DNA from: Octopus bimaculoides
Lineage: Eukaryota
Direction of reading: 5' to 3'
NCBI RefSeq assembly: GCF_001194135.2
Contig: NC_069005.1
Coordinates: forward strand, 14,911,799 to 14,946,164
DNA: 34,366 nucleotides
Numbering within the stretch: the first letter of the stretch is position 1; every line of letters starts with the position of its first letter. A program made the position numbers and the translations under genes. Shown here piece after piece: positions 23,901-33,823 of the stretch. The notes beneath the pieces are model-generated. The model was not told where the DNA came from and did no database searches. It worked only from the letters and a program-made list of their open reading frames with translations.

Positions 23901-26367
23901 GGACAGGTACTTTATCAACTCCACAAGGATGGAGGACAAGGTTGACCCTGGCAGGATTTAAACTCTGCATACAAAGAATCAAAAAGAACACCAGAAAGTA
24001 TTGTATTTTCTACTCTAACCACTCTGCCAACCCATTGCAGATATGGAGTTTCGGCTCCTTTTATTTGGTATCATTGATTCGATGCTGAGCTTCTTTGACA
24101 TCAAATGTTTTATCTCCAGGACTTTCCAGTGTTGTTGAATTTTTCATTTTAGTCTTGTTGACAACTAACTTCTTATCACAACTACTAGACTTTTAAAACT
24201 TTCTGCTGCAGTTTAGGTAGATGATGGCTGGTGTAATATTGACAAAATATGGAAAAGAAAAAATATCTCATAATGGATTTCTGTACATCTTTGACAAAAT
24301 AGAATGAACAGGGAATTAAAGTTTTGATGCTGTGAGGAGAAAATGGGGAAGGGACATGTTTGTAGCAACCAGGGTCTCTCTTTTACTCTTTTACTTGTTT
24401 CAGTCATTTGACTGTGGCCATGCTGGAGCACCACCTTTAGTCGAGCAGATCGACTCCAGGACTTATTCTTTAGAAGTCCAGTACTTATTCTATCGGTCTC
24501 TTTTTGCCGGACCGCTAAGTTACGGGGACGTAAACACACCAGCATCGGTTGTCAAGCGATGGTGGAGCGACAAACACAGACACACAAATATATACACATA
24601 CATATATATACATATATATGACGAGCTTCTTTCAGCCTACCAAATCCACTCATAAGGCTGTGGTCGGTCCAAGGCTATAGTAGAAGACACTTGCCCAAGG
24701 TGCTACACAGTGGGACTGAACCCAGAACCATGTGGTTGGTAAGCAAGCTACTTACCACACAGCAACTCCTAATATTTCTCTCTCTCTCTCTCTCTCTTTC
24801 TCTCCTTCTCAGTGTGTGTGTTGAGCATAAATCTCTTTATGTGTGTGGCGAGAGGGCAAGAGTTTATATTAGTCAAGTTTAAGCCTTTAGCATTCAGATT
24901 ACTCAGACAAGTGTTAGAGCATCAAACTCACAATCATGAGGCAATGAGTTCGATTCCTGGACTGGGCTGTGTGTTGTGTCCTTGAGTAAGACATTTTATT
25001 TCATGTTGCTCTAATTCACTCAGCTGTTGAAATGAATTGTGACATCACTGGTGCCAAGCTTTATCAGCCTTTGCCTTTCCCTTGGATAACATCAGTGGCA
25101 TGGAGAGGGGAGGCTGGTATGCCCAGGTGACTGCTGGTCTTCCATAAACAGCCTTGCCCGGACTTGTGCCTCAGAGAGTAACTTTCTAGGTGTAATTCCA
25201 TGGTCATTCATGACCGAAGGGGGTCTTTACCCATTTTTATCCTATCTTGTAGCTTCAAAGTTTTGATGATGTGATTGCATATTTTTAGAATGACATTGTA
25301 AGGGAGGTGTGAGAGGTTGGATCAGGTCAGTTTTAGCATAAATCACATAGAATATTAGGGCTAGTTATGGCTGGACTAAATGCTAAAGGGTTAATTAATA
25401 CATTTCAACATCTCTCTCTACATTACAATATTTCATTATCTTCTTTCTTTGTGAGCATTGATTTGTGAATGTGAGCATTGATGTGTGCTTCCAGTGTCAG
25501 ATGGTACAGCTGTGATACAAAACCCATCACCAAAACAGGTTCAGTGCCTAGTCTACTGTGCCAGATCATCAGCTTTCACACAGCCATGCCCAGTCCTGAT
25601 TTCTAACCCACTGCCTTGCCTTATTTTAATAGATATCTGGGTAAATAACTTGTGTTACAATGGAATTTGGAGCTCAAGTAAGAATTACTTTTTATCTTGG
25701 TACTTGTTGGTACATGAAACTGAAATTTCACAGGAATGAGTGCTTCTTGGAACTTCCATGTGCAGAGGATCTGGTTTTCTTTGCAGATCCAATTGAAGAA
25801 CTGCAAGAGAAGTTTGAAAAACACAAGTGTTTGAAGGTGAAAATGTTGAAGCCAAGATGTTAATTAGCACTCATGACCTTCATGGATCAACAGGAAAGTG
25901 ACCCCGTAGTAAGAAGACAAGCAAATAGTGATTGAGATTTAGAAAGTAAGTGAACCGCTGTGTGTGTGTGTGTATGTGTGCATGCGCGTGTATGAGTGAA
26001 GAAAAGATGTGATGAGACCTCCAAGAAACAAGTGTTAAAAAAATCCAGTTGGTGCAACAGCACAATCAGCAAATATATATATGCACAGCTGTGGCAGTGA
26101 GTTTGCTTCCCAACAACACTGCTTTGTATTCAGTTGCAGCATATAGCATTTTGGGAAAGTGTCATCTACTATAACCCTGGGCCTACCAAAGCCTTGTGAG
26201 TGGATCTAGCAAATGGGAACTGAAAGAAGTCTAATGCATATAAAGATATATATCACATATCTATCTATATATACACGCACACATATATATACACACACAT
26301 ATATATTTACATATATCCATATATACACACACATATTTACATATATGAGACATACACGTATATTTAC

Positions 26368-26408
<41 letters not shown>

Positions 26409-26418
26409 NNNNNNNNNN

Positions 26419-26455
<37 letters not shown>

Positions 26456-29400
26456 TATATATACACACACATATATTCACATGTGTGAATTGTAAATGAG
26501 TGTCACCCCTATGCAAGCTGTGTCCTTTGTTTCTAATCTGTAAAAACCTGTTGAGTCATGGGGGAATATAACCTTACTTGGAAACAGGTGAGGGTTGACA
26601 ATGGGAAAGGTATCCAGCTGTAGAAAATCTGCCTCAACGAATTCCATCTGATCCATGCAAGCATGGTAAAGTAGATGTTAAATGATGATGATGATGGTAG
26701 AATGATGGGATGAATTAGAAGAAAACAAGGCTATGTAGAGCAGGCAAAAAATATTTACCACCTGGCATTGGGATTCACTGAATTAATTACTTTAAAAACC
26801 CATGTAATTTGCACACCTGTGTAATTTACGCAGGTGATTTTTCAGGATAAAAATTGTTATGTAAAATTTGCACCCAAAAGTTTTCAGAATTGCCGATATG
26901 GCCAGGGCGAAAAGGTTTTCAGTTTAGTTATATTTAGCATAATTTCACTTACTTATGATTAGATTTTATTAAATTTTCATCAACTAAAAATAATTTCTGT
27001 TTAACAGGTATCACATTGAAAGCTATTAAATTACAAAGTGTTTGTGTTGTTTATAATAAACTTTATTTTACATTTTGTGCCCACAAGAGATTATGTCCGA
27101 TCTTTAGCATACTCCTGTATGTCTTCTCAAATCACAAACACAGGAAAAGTTGTTGATAATTCTCATCAACAAAAACAAAGCTGATAAATACACACAAATG
27201 TTGCAAAATAAGTTTAATTACCAATAAACATCAGCTTGGATGACACTTTACTCAACCAACAGAGGGAGGTGACAAATCAAACTGATTATGTAAACAGAAT
27301 TCTGATTGGTCAAAAGTGTCTCCTTGTCTCAAACTCTGATTTTCCACCTCTTCTTGCTGGAATGCGAAATTTTTTTCCCATGAGAGTTCCGGATCCCAGT
27401 TATGAACTCATTTGCATACAGCCAATCAGAGCTCAACTATCAAACTAATTTATGAGCACTTAGCAAGTGATGGGCGATAAGATAAGGTCACTTGGGTAAG
27501 GAATGACCATGCTTCTTTTCTCTTTTAATAATGTTTGTTGTTCTTGTTTCAACCATGGCTGCCTCTGCATAGTTATTTGTGTTGTTGTTTACTTTGTAAA
27601 ACAGTAAGGGGAGAGAGTTGCTAGCACATCACCCCCTACCCACATTTTTCCCATCCACATCTTTACCAGACGGGGCCCTAACAAAATCTGATACTAGGTA
27701 TAGATGCAAATCTATGTAATTGTCTCCTTCTAAAATCAGGTATAACTTGGCAATCGGTCGACTTACAACACCGCTCTTCATCTTGAATTTACTTGGTAGA
27801 GTGTGTTTGTTAACTTGACAACAAGGTCAAGGTGAGCTCTAATTGGCTGTATGCAAATGAGTTCATTAATAGGGTCCAGAACTCTCGTGGGAAAAAAATT
27901 TTGTTGCTGGAACCTTTGATATGGAGTATCGAAATTTTAATCTGTTTCACACTTATAAAATGTCAAGCAAACTTAAGAATTTGTCATTACCATTTTAGCT
28001 GGGAGACCAAACTGATAGTTTGGGAAACGCGCTAAAATAAACATTAAAAATCGAAAGGAGAAAATAAACAGTTTTGCAAGTTTAACTCAGTATTTATTGA
28101 ACAAGAGAGGTGCGATATTTAAGAAGCGACTTGTTAGAATATACACATCTGTGAAGAGACATAAAGAAGAATAGCAAAAATCTATACCAAAAGAACTGGT
28201 AATACATACATTACAAATATTCTATGATAAGAGCATATGATTGCTGCATAATTCAACAAGAATGTGAAAAAACATTAAACATCGTATAAGGTAAAGGAAG
28301 GTTTCTGTAGGAATACTAAGACATATTCAATTAGTGAGTTTACATGCGCAAGGATGAATTATGATGTTGTCGGCATCAGATGCAGTAAAATATGGCCCAG
28401 GACTGTGATTATCAGCGTTAACGTCAAACTTCAAAAAGTAGTTAACCATTTAATGGTTTCAGTAAATTTATACACAAAAAGTAAGCATTATAACGTCCAG
28501 CATAAATAAGAGTCAACTTCATTATATTTTTTCTGTAAAAACCTATTCTGACACTAAATGAGTTAACTTCCTGTAAGAATGTTTACATTTGTACATCATT
28601 TTTCAACAAAAAAAAATTTCTAAAACAATTCTGGAAAGGATCTACTCATGTAATTTACGCACCCACTAAAGTTTAATTTTGTTTTTGCGAAAAAGTGCAT
28701 AAATTACATGGGTTTTTACGGTAGTCATAATGGGAGAGATGATATATATAAAAATAGGAAAAAAGAGTTGTTCTTTTTAAAAATCGAAAGATTAGAGTAA
28801 AAATGGGACTGGAAAAAAGAAAAAACAAAAAAAAACCCCAAAAAGATAGAGGTGGGTGAGAAAGAAAAAATATGAAGAGGGATGGAAATATGGTAAGAGA
28901 GAAGTGACAATTGCAAAGCCCTTTTCATTCCCTGATAGTTAACAAGATGATGATGATATTTACTGGCTCATTTGAGAGTTCCCTTCCCAGTAATGGAAAC
29001 AAAGCAGTCTTGGCAGTGTGGCAAGAAGCTTGTTTCTCAATTATGTGGTTACATGTTCAGACCGACTACAGAGCACCTTGGGCGATTGTCTTCTACTGTA
29101 GCCTCTGGCTGACCAAAGCCTCATGAGTTGATCTGGTAGACAGAGACTGAAAGAAACCTGTCATATATATATATTCACAATTTAGGTTAGTTGAAATATG
29201 ATTGTCACATTTCAACTGCTAAAGGTATATACACTGCAGTTACCGTGGAGAAAAAAATCTCTCTCACGGTAAGAAGGTGTGAAAACAACCAGTTCGTTCA
29301 GTGTCGCCATCTCTCGGGAATCTCAGACATCGATGTTCCAAGTGTTTTGACTCTTGTCAATGAGATGTGCCTAAGAGAGGCAACTCTGAATGAACTTAAT

Positions 29401-32400
29401 AAAGCTATAGCTTTATATATAATTCAGTCAACATGTTGACTGATTTGCACTAGTAGAACGGAATTGAAACTACAATCTTACAATCATGAGTCCAACACCC
29501 TAAACCCCTAAGTCATGCACCCCCACAACCAGTCTTCAGCAAAACAACAAGTGCTAATAATTTCTTTCAGTGGCATGATACATAAAATGGTAAGGTAGGT
29601 TTATTTCATTGATCCACACATCCCAATTAAATTTGGAGGCTAAGAGGATACAATATTAAGAACAGGAATTTGGAACAGAAAATATAAAGGGGTCATTAAA
29701 ATCCAATGTCTATATTCGGTGGTAATCTTCTGTGGAAGTATGCAAGAAGGGTGCTTTGTTATAGGTACTTAATATCTCAAGGGTATGAGAGAGAAAATTG
29801 ATGTTGGATGGATTTAAATATTGACCATGAAAGTAAATACTGGTTGTGCCATGACCAGTTCTAATGGATGTTATTAGAATCAGCTGTTGCAATAAAACAC
29901 ATTATATATATATTGTACACAGAGATTGGAATGAATAAGACCTACATACCACATGGCTTGTACTGAAACTGGCTTGAAGAGATAATCTGCGCCTTCAGAA
30001 TTGACACCAAAACCTCTGAAATAAATACCAAAACCAGAATATGTGTGAATTAAAAAAAAGTACATAGTTGGAAATATAAGATATAAATCAAATGTCAAGA
30101 GGCAGAGATCAGACATATGCATGCATGTATATATATATATATATGCGTGCGTGTGTGTGTGTGTGTGTGTATGTGTGTGTGTGTGTGTATGTGTGTGTAT
30201 GTGTGTGTGTGTGTGTGTGTGTGCGTGTGTGTGCATGTGCATAAAATCATTTTCATTATTTTAACATACACATTGACTGAGGAATCAATATACTGAATCA
30301 TAACTCTTCTTTATTTTGAGGTAAAAACACCCGCTACAGACATCATCATAACAACTATTCAACAAGTGTGGTCAGTTCACAGAACACCAAACCAGGCTGC
30401 AGACACACACAAAGTTGAGAGAAAGGAAAGAAGAAAATAGAATGAGCAAAGCACTTACCCATCACCATCCAGTGTGATTTTGCTGTTTGCCCAAATTGGA
30501 AGGACAAGACCAATACTAGCTTCCTTATCCTTCATGTCTATGCCCAGCATGATCGACTCTTCTGTATCAAGTTTTCCGAGGCAGCACACAACGACCATGT
30601 AGCGAGATGCTAATGGGATCTCGTAGGCACTTTCCAATTTGACAGCCTTAGCAAAGAAAAAGGAAAAGAAATATAAAGAATAAAATAAGAGTGATAATTC
30701 AATTTAGAGTCGATAATGAAAACAATTGGTGGTCACTTTTTGGAGCATCTTATAATAATTCTGCTTAGCCTGTCAGTACTGCTTTCATGTGATTAGAGAA
30801 AAAGAGGGAGAAAGAGAGAAGCGTTCATGATGTGAGGTAGAGGGAATGTAATTGTAATGCTTTCATGTGATTGGTTGAAGGGAAAGAGAGGAGAAAGAAA
30901 AAGGAGAGAGAAAAAGAAGATAAGGCAAAGAGTGAGGCAGAAAGAGGAAGAGAGAAAAAGAGCATCCATGACATGTGGTAGGGGGAATGTAATATTCATT
31001 ATGTGGTTAAAAAAGTTAGTTGAAAGTAGTGATATAGAGAAACAGAAATATAATTTTAGCAGAGGAGTGATGTTCTGATGGTGAGGTTAAAGAAAGGCAG
31101 AGAGAGGGGGAGGTGGGAGAGAGAAAGATGATGGTGGTTGTGGTGGAGATGCGTGGATAGTAAAAAGTGTTTTGTTTTTTAATAGAACTAAGTTTGTGTA
31201 TTAAAGTCTATAAAATTGTGCATAAAGTATATAAAGTGTATATATGTAAAGTGTATATATATAAAGTGCATTAAGTAATCATCGTATTGCAATTTCTTTC
31301 ACTTTTCAATGAGTAGTTGATGAGCGACTATCTTTCCATACAGATACAAGAGAGGCTACGCTTTCAGGATTTTGGGGATAAAGTTTTCAGAAATAACCCA
31401 ATAGGTTTATCATTATTTCCATGAAATATTCACGGGGTCCCGTTAATAATAACAAATAGGAGCATTGAAATAAAGTCTAGAAATTGTGGCACCTGAATAC
31501 ATCACAGAACACACTAATTGAAATGTAATATTGTAAAAGTGAGACTAACAGTCTAGGAAAAATCCAAAGAACTAATATTGCTTTAATAATAAGCTTCCTT
31601 TTGTAACAAACATGTAGACATGTGATTACAATTTACTGTGAGAGAGAGGGGGAAGAAGAAGAGAAGGCGGAGAGAGAGAGAGAATTTGACAACTGAAATA
31701 TTTAAAACAATAAGTCTTGACAATGAATCGCCTCAGAGTTGTCTCCCATATTTTCAGAACAAATTACAAATACATTGATTGAAACAGATAACAAGCAAAA
31801 GATAAAACTGCTACGATGTCTGTTGTTTGTATTGCTTCTGTGGTGCTAATACTGTGACAATATCAGAGACGTTTATATCTCAAAGGCCCACTTATCCAAG
31901 CTACAAATAGGTCCTCATGCAGAAACAACACAGATCAGAGAAATTCAGTTACATTTTGTCTTCATTAGATCTAAGAAAAGGAGAGTGATGAGCTGGTGTG
32001 TACAGACTGACTCCGTTACAGACACAGCACCACCATTCCAGATATTGATGGTCTGGAAGTTCTTGCTCTAATTTATGGCCAGAAACGTCAAATTTCCATG
32101 GCTGTCATACTTTGCATCCTACAGAATAAATAAACTTGTTGCATTTATACAAACGTACACGTATTTGTATTTCATTTATTTATTTATTTTTTAATCTTTT
32201 ACTTGTTTTAGTCATTAGACTGTGACCATGCTGGGGCACCAGCTTGAAGAATTTTCGTTGAACAAATTGACCCTAGTACTTTTTTAAAAATTCTAGTACT
32301 TATTCTATCGGTCTCTTATGCCAAACTGTTAAGTTATGGGGATGTAAACACACCAATACCAGTTGTCAAGTAGTGATGGGGGACAAACATGGACTTAAAG

Positions 32401-33697
32401 TCTCTCTCACACACACACACACACATAAATATGACAGGCTTCTTTCAGTTTTGATCTACCAAATCCACTCACAAGGCTTTGGTCAGCTTGAGGCTATAGT
32501 AGAAGACACTTGTCCAAGGTGCCATGCAGTGGGACTGAACCCAGAACCATGTAGTTAAATAGCAAGCTTCTTACCACACAGCTACACCAGATAAATTTGG
32601 AGGTGACCACCCCCAGTTAGGAAATATCAGTAATCTGGAATGGCTTTGGGACCAAATGCTTCAGAAAATCAATGTTATACCTATATTATGAAAAGTTAAA
32701 GTCCGTCTCAAACCTTAGAAGCTCATTAGGTAATGACAACTGAATCAAATGCCAGTCTGCTGCAACATGACATGAAGTGCCTTGCTCAAGGATTTAATGT
32801 ACTGTCAATCTTGAGAATCAAACTTATGACTTTATGAGTGCAACACACTACCTACTAAATCGTTTTTCTTTTCTCTTTTCTTTCAATAGTCGAAGACAGT
32901 GGTTCTCAACTAGGGTCCATATAAAACTTTTGGGGGTCCATGCAACAAAACAGTAAAATGGGAATCCACAATAGTATTTTAAGGGGCCCTGAAAAAATTC
33001 TGCTTTAGATGTATGTATTGGTATTTATTGCAAGAAACATCTTGGTTTCTTTCTCTAATGTTTTACATAGTTCAACCTATGCAAGTTAATGTGTGAAAAA
33101 CAAAATAGGAATTTTGAAAGAAGTTTCTATAAAACTAGTTTTTAAACATCAAATGGCTATGAGGGGTCCATCAGAATAGAATAGTAATCATAGAGGTCCA
33201 TAGATAAAAAAAAATACCCTTTAAGTGTCATATAACATTTTGTTGGGGCCCCATACAACAAAATAGTAACCTGGGATCTGCAATAGTATTTTAAGGGCCC
33301 CTGAAAAAATTTTGCTTTATATATATGTATTGGTATATACTGCAAGAAAGAGGTAGATTTCTTTCTCTAACACAAGTTAATGTGTGAAAAACAAAATAGG
33401 TATTTGGAAGAAGTTTCTATGAAATTAATATTTAAACATTGAATAGCTATGAGGGGTCCACCAGAATAGAATAGTAATCAAAGGAGTCCATAGATAAAAG
33501 AAAAAAATGGTTGAAAAACGTGAGTGAGTGGAATTGAATTTTGGTTTGAACATTTGTATATTGATGGCTGGAGATGAAGGAACAAATGTTGGTGATGAGT
33601 AGTGGGTGGGGATGAAGAACTGTAGAACATACCACTTTGATAGTATCTTCTGGCCGTAAGAGATAAATCATCTGCTGGAGATGTTGTTGAATGTCCC
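1459..33697 (-). CDS. ssh: Slingshot-family (SSH) dual-specificity cofilin phosphatase, partial; 13 exons in the window, 5' end outside and 3' end probably outside
   Basis: The spliced translation reads GDIQQHLQQMIYLLRPEDTIKV-AVKLES...LVLPIW...LDGDGGF...FKPVSVQAMWSALQSLHK...KLKEIMMSKDLEE...QMDAPTEIFPYLYLGSEWNASN...REIDNFFP...VLVHCKMGISRSASTVIA...KPNKAFITQLKEYHGIL. This matches the recalled SSH N-terminal, DEK_C and DSP domains. All 12 internal junctions are GT-AG and phase-compatible. Confidence 0.96.
1764..1830 (+). repeat. 20-bp tandem repeat taatcctttactttaa(t/c)ctt, about 3.3 copies
   Basis: Full units at 1771, 1791 and 1811. Confidence 0.9.
1827..2031 (+). mobile_element. piggyBac-type MITE
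   Basis: TTAA|cc(t)tttatcatt...atgctaaaggg|TTAA; homologous to 24883-25390. Confidence 0.7.
2036..2206 (-). mobile_element. Second copy of the same MITE, inverted and decayed
   Basis: Its reverse complement aligns with 1835-2020. Confidence 0.7.
3460..4585 (-). CDS. ssh: SSH exon l (1126 nt): large Ser/Asp/Glu-rich, probably disordered C-terminal exon
   Basis: ttgcag acceptor, CAG|GTACAC donor, phases 1 to 2; contains most of ORF 3360..4574. Confidence 0.88.
5036..5121 (-). CDS. ssh: SSH exon k (86 nt): SQKRHMFNTKSKSEEGDTRNGAASSHFDN
   Basis: tttcag acceptor, GTGAGA donor. It provides exactly the phase 2 to 1 bridge needed between exons j and l. Confidence 0.9.
5916..6055 (-). CDS. ssh: SSH exon j (140 nt): VIAFKMKE...KPNKAFITQLKEYHGILTA
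   Basis: caacag acceptor, GTAAGT donor, phases 0 to 2; end of DSP. Confidence 0.96.
6185..6338 (+). mobile_element. tRNA-derived SINE, family C (gcctttcatcctttc.gggtcgataaa core), internally deleted
   Basis: Six related copies are present in the window. The core resembles the MetaSINE-type central domain, from memory. Confidence 0.75.
6486..6676 (-). mobile_element. SINE family C
   Basis: Reverse complement of the family C body and tail. Confidence 0.75.
6952..7265 (+). mobile_element. SINE family A head with (GAT)n tail, degraded; contains a 14-bp tandem (aagtgtctttgaca) at 6988-7024
   Basis: Head remnant, then (GT)n, then ttaccttgcttggaaacagg...gatgatgat. Confidence 0.65.
7925..8322 (+). 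mobile_element. SINE family A, full length, tail type 1 (ctgaaacaagtaaaag)
   Basis: A-box tgactgtgtgg, B-box ggttcaagtcc, internal (GT)n. It ends about 25 bp from the donor of the catalytic exon. Confidence 0.85.
8349..8409 (-). CDS. ssh: SSH exon i (61 nt): EDNGKVLVHCKMGISRSAST, catalytic P-loop
   Basis: Intact HCxxGxxRS at 8358-8384; ttccag acceptor, GTAAGT donor. Confidence 0.97.
8445..8651 (-). mobile_element. SINE family C
   Basis: Complete head (ggaatttgaactcagaac on +) and core. Confidence 0.8.
8810..9024 (-). mobile_element. SINE family C
   Basis: Same family and orientation as 8445-8651. Confidence 0.8.
9099..9245 (-). CDS. ssh: SSH exon h (147 nt): VTSILNISREIDNFFPEKFIYMNVREFDNEFTDLMKHWKRTHEFIRKTK
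   Basis: tttcag acceptor, GTAAGT donor, phases 2 to 2; carries the loop with the general-acid Asp. Confidence 0.96.
9721..10450 (+). mobile_element. SINE family A with (GAT)n tail, interrupted by an antisense RTE-type 3' end (about 9918-10233)
   Basis: Head 9721-9900; catcatcat-led insert; tail resumes at about 10235 and ends gatgttaaatgatgatg. Confidence 0.75.
10539..10714 (-). CDS. ssh: SSH exon g (176 nt): LRNMLEESF...QMDAPTEIFPYLYLGSEWNASNYEELEENG
   Basis: ttttag acceptor, GTAAGT donor, phases 0 to 2; end of DEK_C and start of DSP. Confidence 0.96.
11731..12645 (+). mobile_element. SINE family A, tail type 1, with two RTE-type (GAT)n 3' ends nested at 11928-12363
   Basis: Order: head, (GT)n, two ggaagggcatccagctgtagaaa...gatgatgat segments, (TA)n(GT)n, tail 1 at 12430-12645. 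Confidence 0.8.
13349..13823 (-). mobile_element. V-SINE-like element (family F) flanked by the 12-bp TSD attgaccctagt, inserted into a family A tail
   Basis: TSD at 13337-13348 and 13824-13835; A-box tggctcagtgg; ttcttgaacaagacacttt V-like block. Confidence 0.8.
14314..14603 (-). mobile_element. hAT-like MITE, single copy of the 32897-33522 family
   Basis: Ends in ttgaggaccactg (reverse complement cagtggtcctcaa); body homologous to 32897-33215. Confidence 0.65.
14718..14808 (-). CDS. ssh: SSH exon f (91 nt): LDPNGMKTKISVKLKEIMMSKDLEETTCKE (start of DEK_C)
   Basis: ttgtag acceptor, GTAAGA donor, phases 2 to 0. Confidence 0.94.
15525..15703 (-). mobile_element. RTE-type retroelement 3' end with (GAT)n tail
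   Basis: catcatcat...ccatgctggcatgggttgga...gctggatgccct.cctaa.gcca. Confidence 0.75.
15943..16095 (-). mobile_element. RTE-type 3' end with (GAT)n tail
   Basis: Same motif set as 15525-15703. Confidence 0.75.
16596..16658 (-). CDS. ssh: SSH exon e (63 nt): NKMDDIESFAADSPYSTEKPE
   Basis: cctacag acceptor, GTAAGT donor, phases 2 to 2. Needed to avoid a TG|A stop between exons d and f. Resembles the recalled W-x-x-M-x-D-x-E-S-x-x-x-D-S-P segment of SSH. Confidence 0.92.
16760..17056 (+). mobile_element. 3' fragment of a non-LTR retrotransposon with a restriction-like endonuclease (R4/Dong-like)
   Basis: Open frame 16760-16948 KIAQLWITKKVKTVPIIVGSLGTVSEGVKRNIKEIGIKCPIELLQKVCLLHTTRIIRTVLDS*, then a short UTR and a (TAA)n tail. 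Confidence 0.75.
17643..17886 (-). mobile_element. RTE-type 3' end with a long (GAT)n tail, young-looking copy
   Basis: CpG-intact cgtttaacgtccgccttccatgctagcatgggttggacg; lies between (TA)n tracts. Confidence 0.8.
18438..18700 (+). pseudogene. Decayed N-terminal ORF of a Penelope-like element
   Basis: One frame with stops: FHDKIKTVYGQQVTKTM*SNNIEADIKGHR*...SNNKIETIRW*ERGHVSQRLHEFV*KQ. It resembles recalled Penelope N-termini (I..TYGQ, KGHR). Confidence 0.5.
19094..19228 (-). CDS. ssh: SSH exon d (135 nt): SALQSLHKVINTANVHDYIPKGLTHTWVGYYKARITSDLSCIKEW
   Basis: ttccag acceptor, GTAAGT donor, phases 2 to 2; follows a 10.7 kb intron. Confidence 0.95.
19993..20208 (+). mobile_element. SINE family C, full length
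   Basis: Head gctggcacaatcgctagc, B-box gagttcaaatt, core and tail. Confidence 0.8.
20303..20518 (-). mobile_element. SINE family C, full length
   Basis: Reverse complement of the 19993-20208 family. Confidence 0.8.
20953..21435 (+). mobile_element. SINE family A head (20953-21110) joined to an antisense RTE-type 3' UTR fragment (21113-21435)
   Basis: The head motifs switch directly into tctgatttggcatgg...gctggatgccct. Confidence 0.7.
21498..23590 (+). mobile_element. SINE family A, tail type 1, split by a 1.7 kb RTE insertion
   Basis: Head 21498-21655; tail 23385-23590. Confidence 0.75.
21661..23357 (-). mobile_element. 5'-truncated RTE-clade LINE: ORF C-terminus (23076-23357), duplicated 3' UTR, (GAT)n tail
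   Basis: LREKLSIRGIKCSIQERRLCWFGHVMHMNEDRCIEKC*SLKVNGTCGRGRPWKTWDEVVRTD... carries the typical RTE RRLxWFGHV and RGRPxKTW motifs. Confidence 0.85.
24378..24770 (-). mobile_element. SINE family A, full length, tail type 1, young-looking copy
   Basis: CpG-rich, with complete head and tail. Confidence 0.88.
24883..25390 (+). mobile_element. piggyBac-type MITE interrupted by a family F V-SINE-like copy (about 24905-25232)
   Basis: TTAA at 24879-24882 and 25391-25394; the insert is homologous to 13349-13823. Confidence 0.75.
25660..25863 (+). pseudogene. Degenerate reverse-transcriptase fragment (RTE-like)
   Basis: FLELPCAEDLVFFADPIEELQEKFE resembles the WELLYADDLVLIAES.EEL..KF motif, with the YADD motif destroyed. 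Confidence 0.6.
26083..26697 (+). mobile_element. SINE family A with (GAT)n tail and an expanded internal (TA/CA)n tract containing an N gap
   Basis: Head 26083-26235; tail 26480-26697. Confidence 0.75.
26790..28721. mobile_element. About 1.9 kb non-autonomous DNA transposon, Tc1/mariner-type, flanked by TA
   Basis: Left end TA|ctttaaaaacccatgtaattt.gcac versus right end gtgcataaattacatgggtttttacgg|TA; subterminal tgtaatttacgca repeats at both ends. Confidence 0.7.
29003..29170 (+). mobile_element. SINE family A head, degraded
   Basis: ggcagtgtggcaagaagcttg...gactgaaagaaacctg. Confidence 0.7.
29950..30015 (-). CDS. ssh: SSH exon c (66 nt): GFGVNSEGADYLFKPVSVQAMW
   Basis: tttcag acceptor, GTATGT donor, phases 2 to 2; FKPVSVQAMW motif. 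Confidence 0.95.
30459..30646 (-). CDS. ssh: SSH exon b (188 nt): AVKLESAYEIPLASRYMVVV...LVLPIWANSKITLDGDG
   Basis: ctaag acceptor, GTAAGT donor, phases 0 to 2; overlaps ORF 30455..30637. Confidence 0.95.
32197..32588 (-). mobile_element. SINE family A, full length, tail type 1
   Basis: Collinear with 24378-24770. Confidence 0.85.
32897..33522 (+). mobile_element. hAT-like MITE, internal tandem dimer
   Basis: Starts with cagtggttctcaac; two copies of about 300 bp; degenerate ggttgaaaaacgtg end. Confidence 0.65.
33633..33697 (-). CDS. ssh: SSH exon a (65 nt): GDIQQHLQQMIYLLRPEDTIKV
   Basis: ttttcag acceptor, GTATGT donor, phases 1 to 0; SSH N-terminal motif. Confidence 0.93.
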
Positions 33698-33823
33698 CTG
33701 AAAATAGAGAGAAAAACATATAAAAATAACATATTTCAAGGCAGTGCCACATCATGGTCGCAGTCAAATGACCAAAACAAATAAAAGATATATTTATGTA
33801 TTTACAAATATATAATATTCTGT

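Noticed and set aside
28080-28500. Possible transposase remnant inside the 1.9 kb element
   Set aside because: Only a faint helix-turn-helix-like hint with many stops, which is not supportable.
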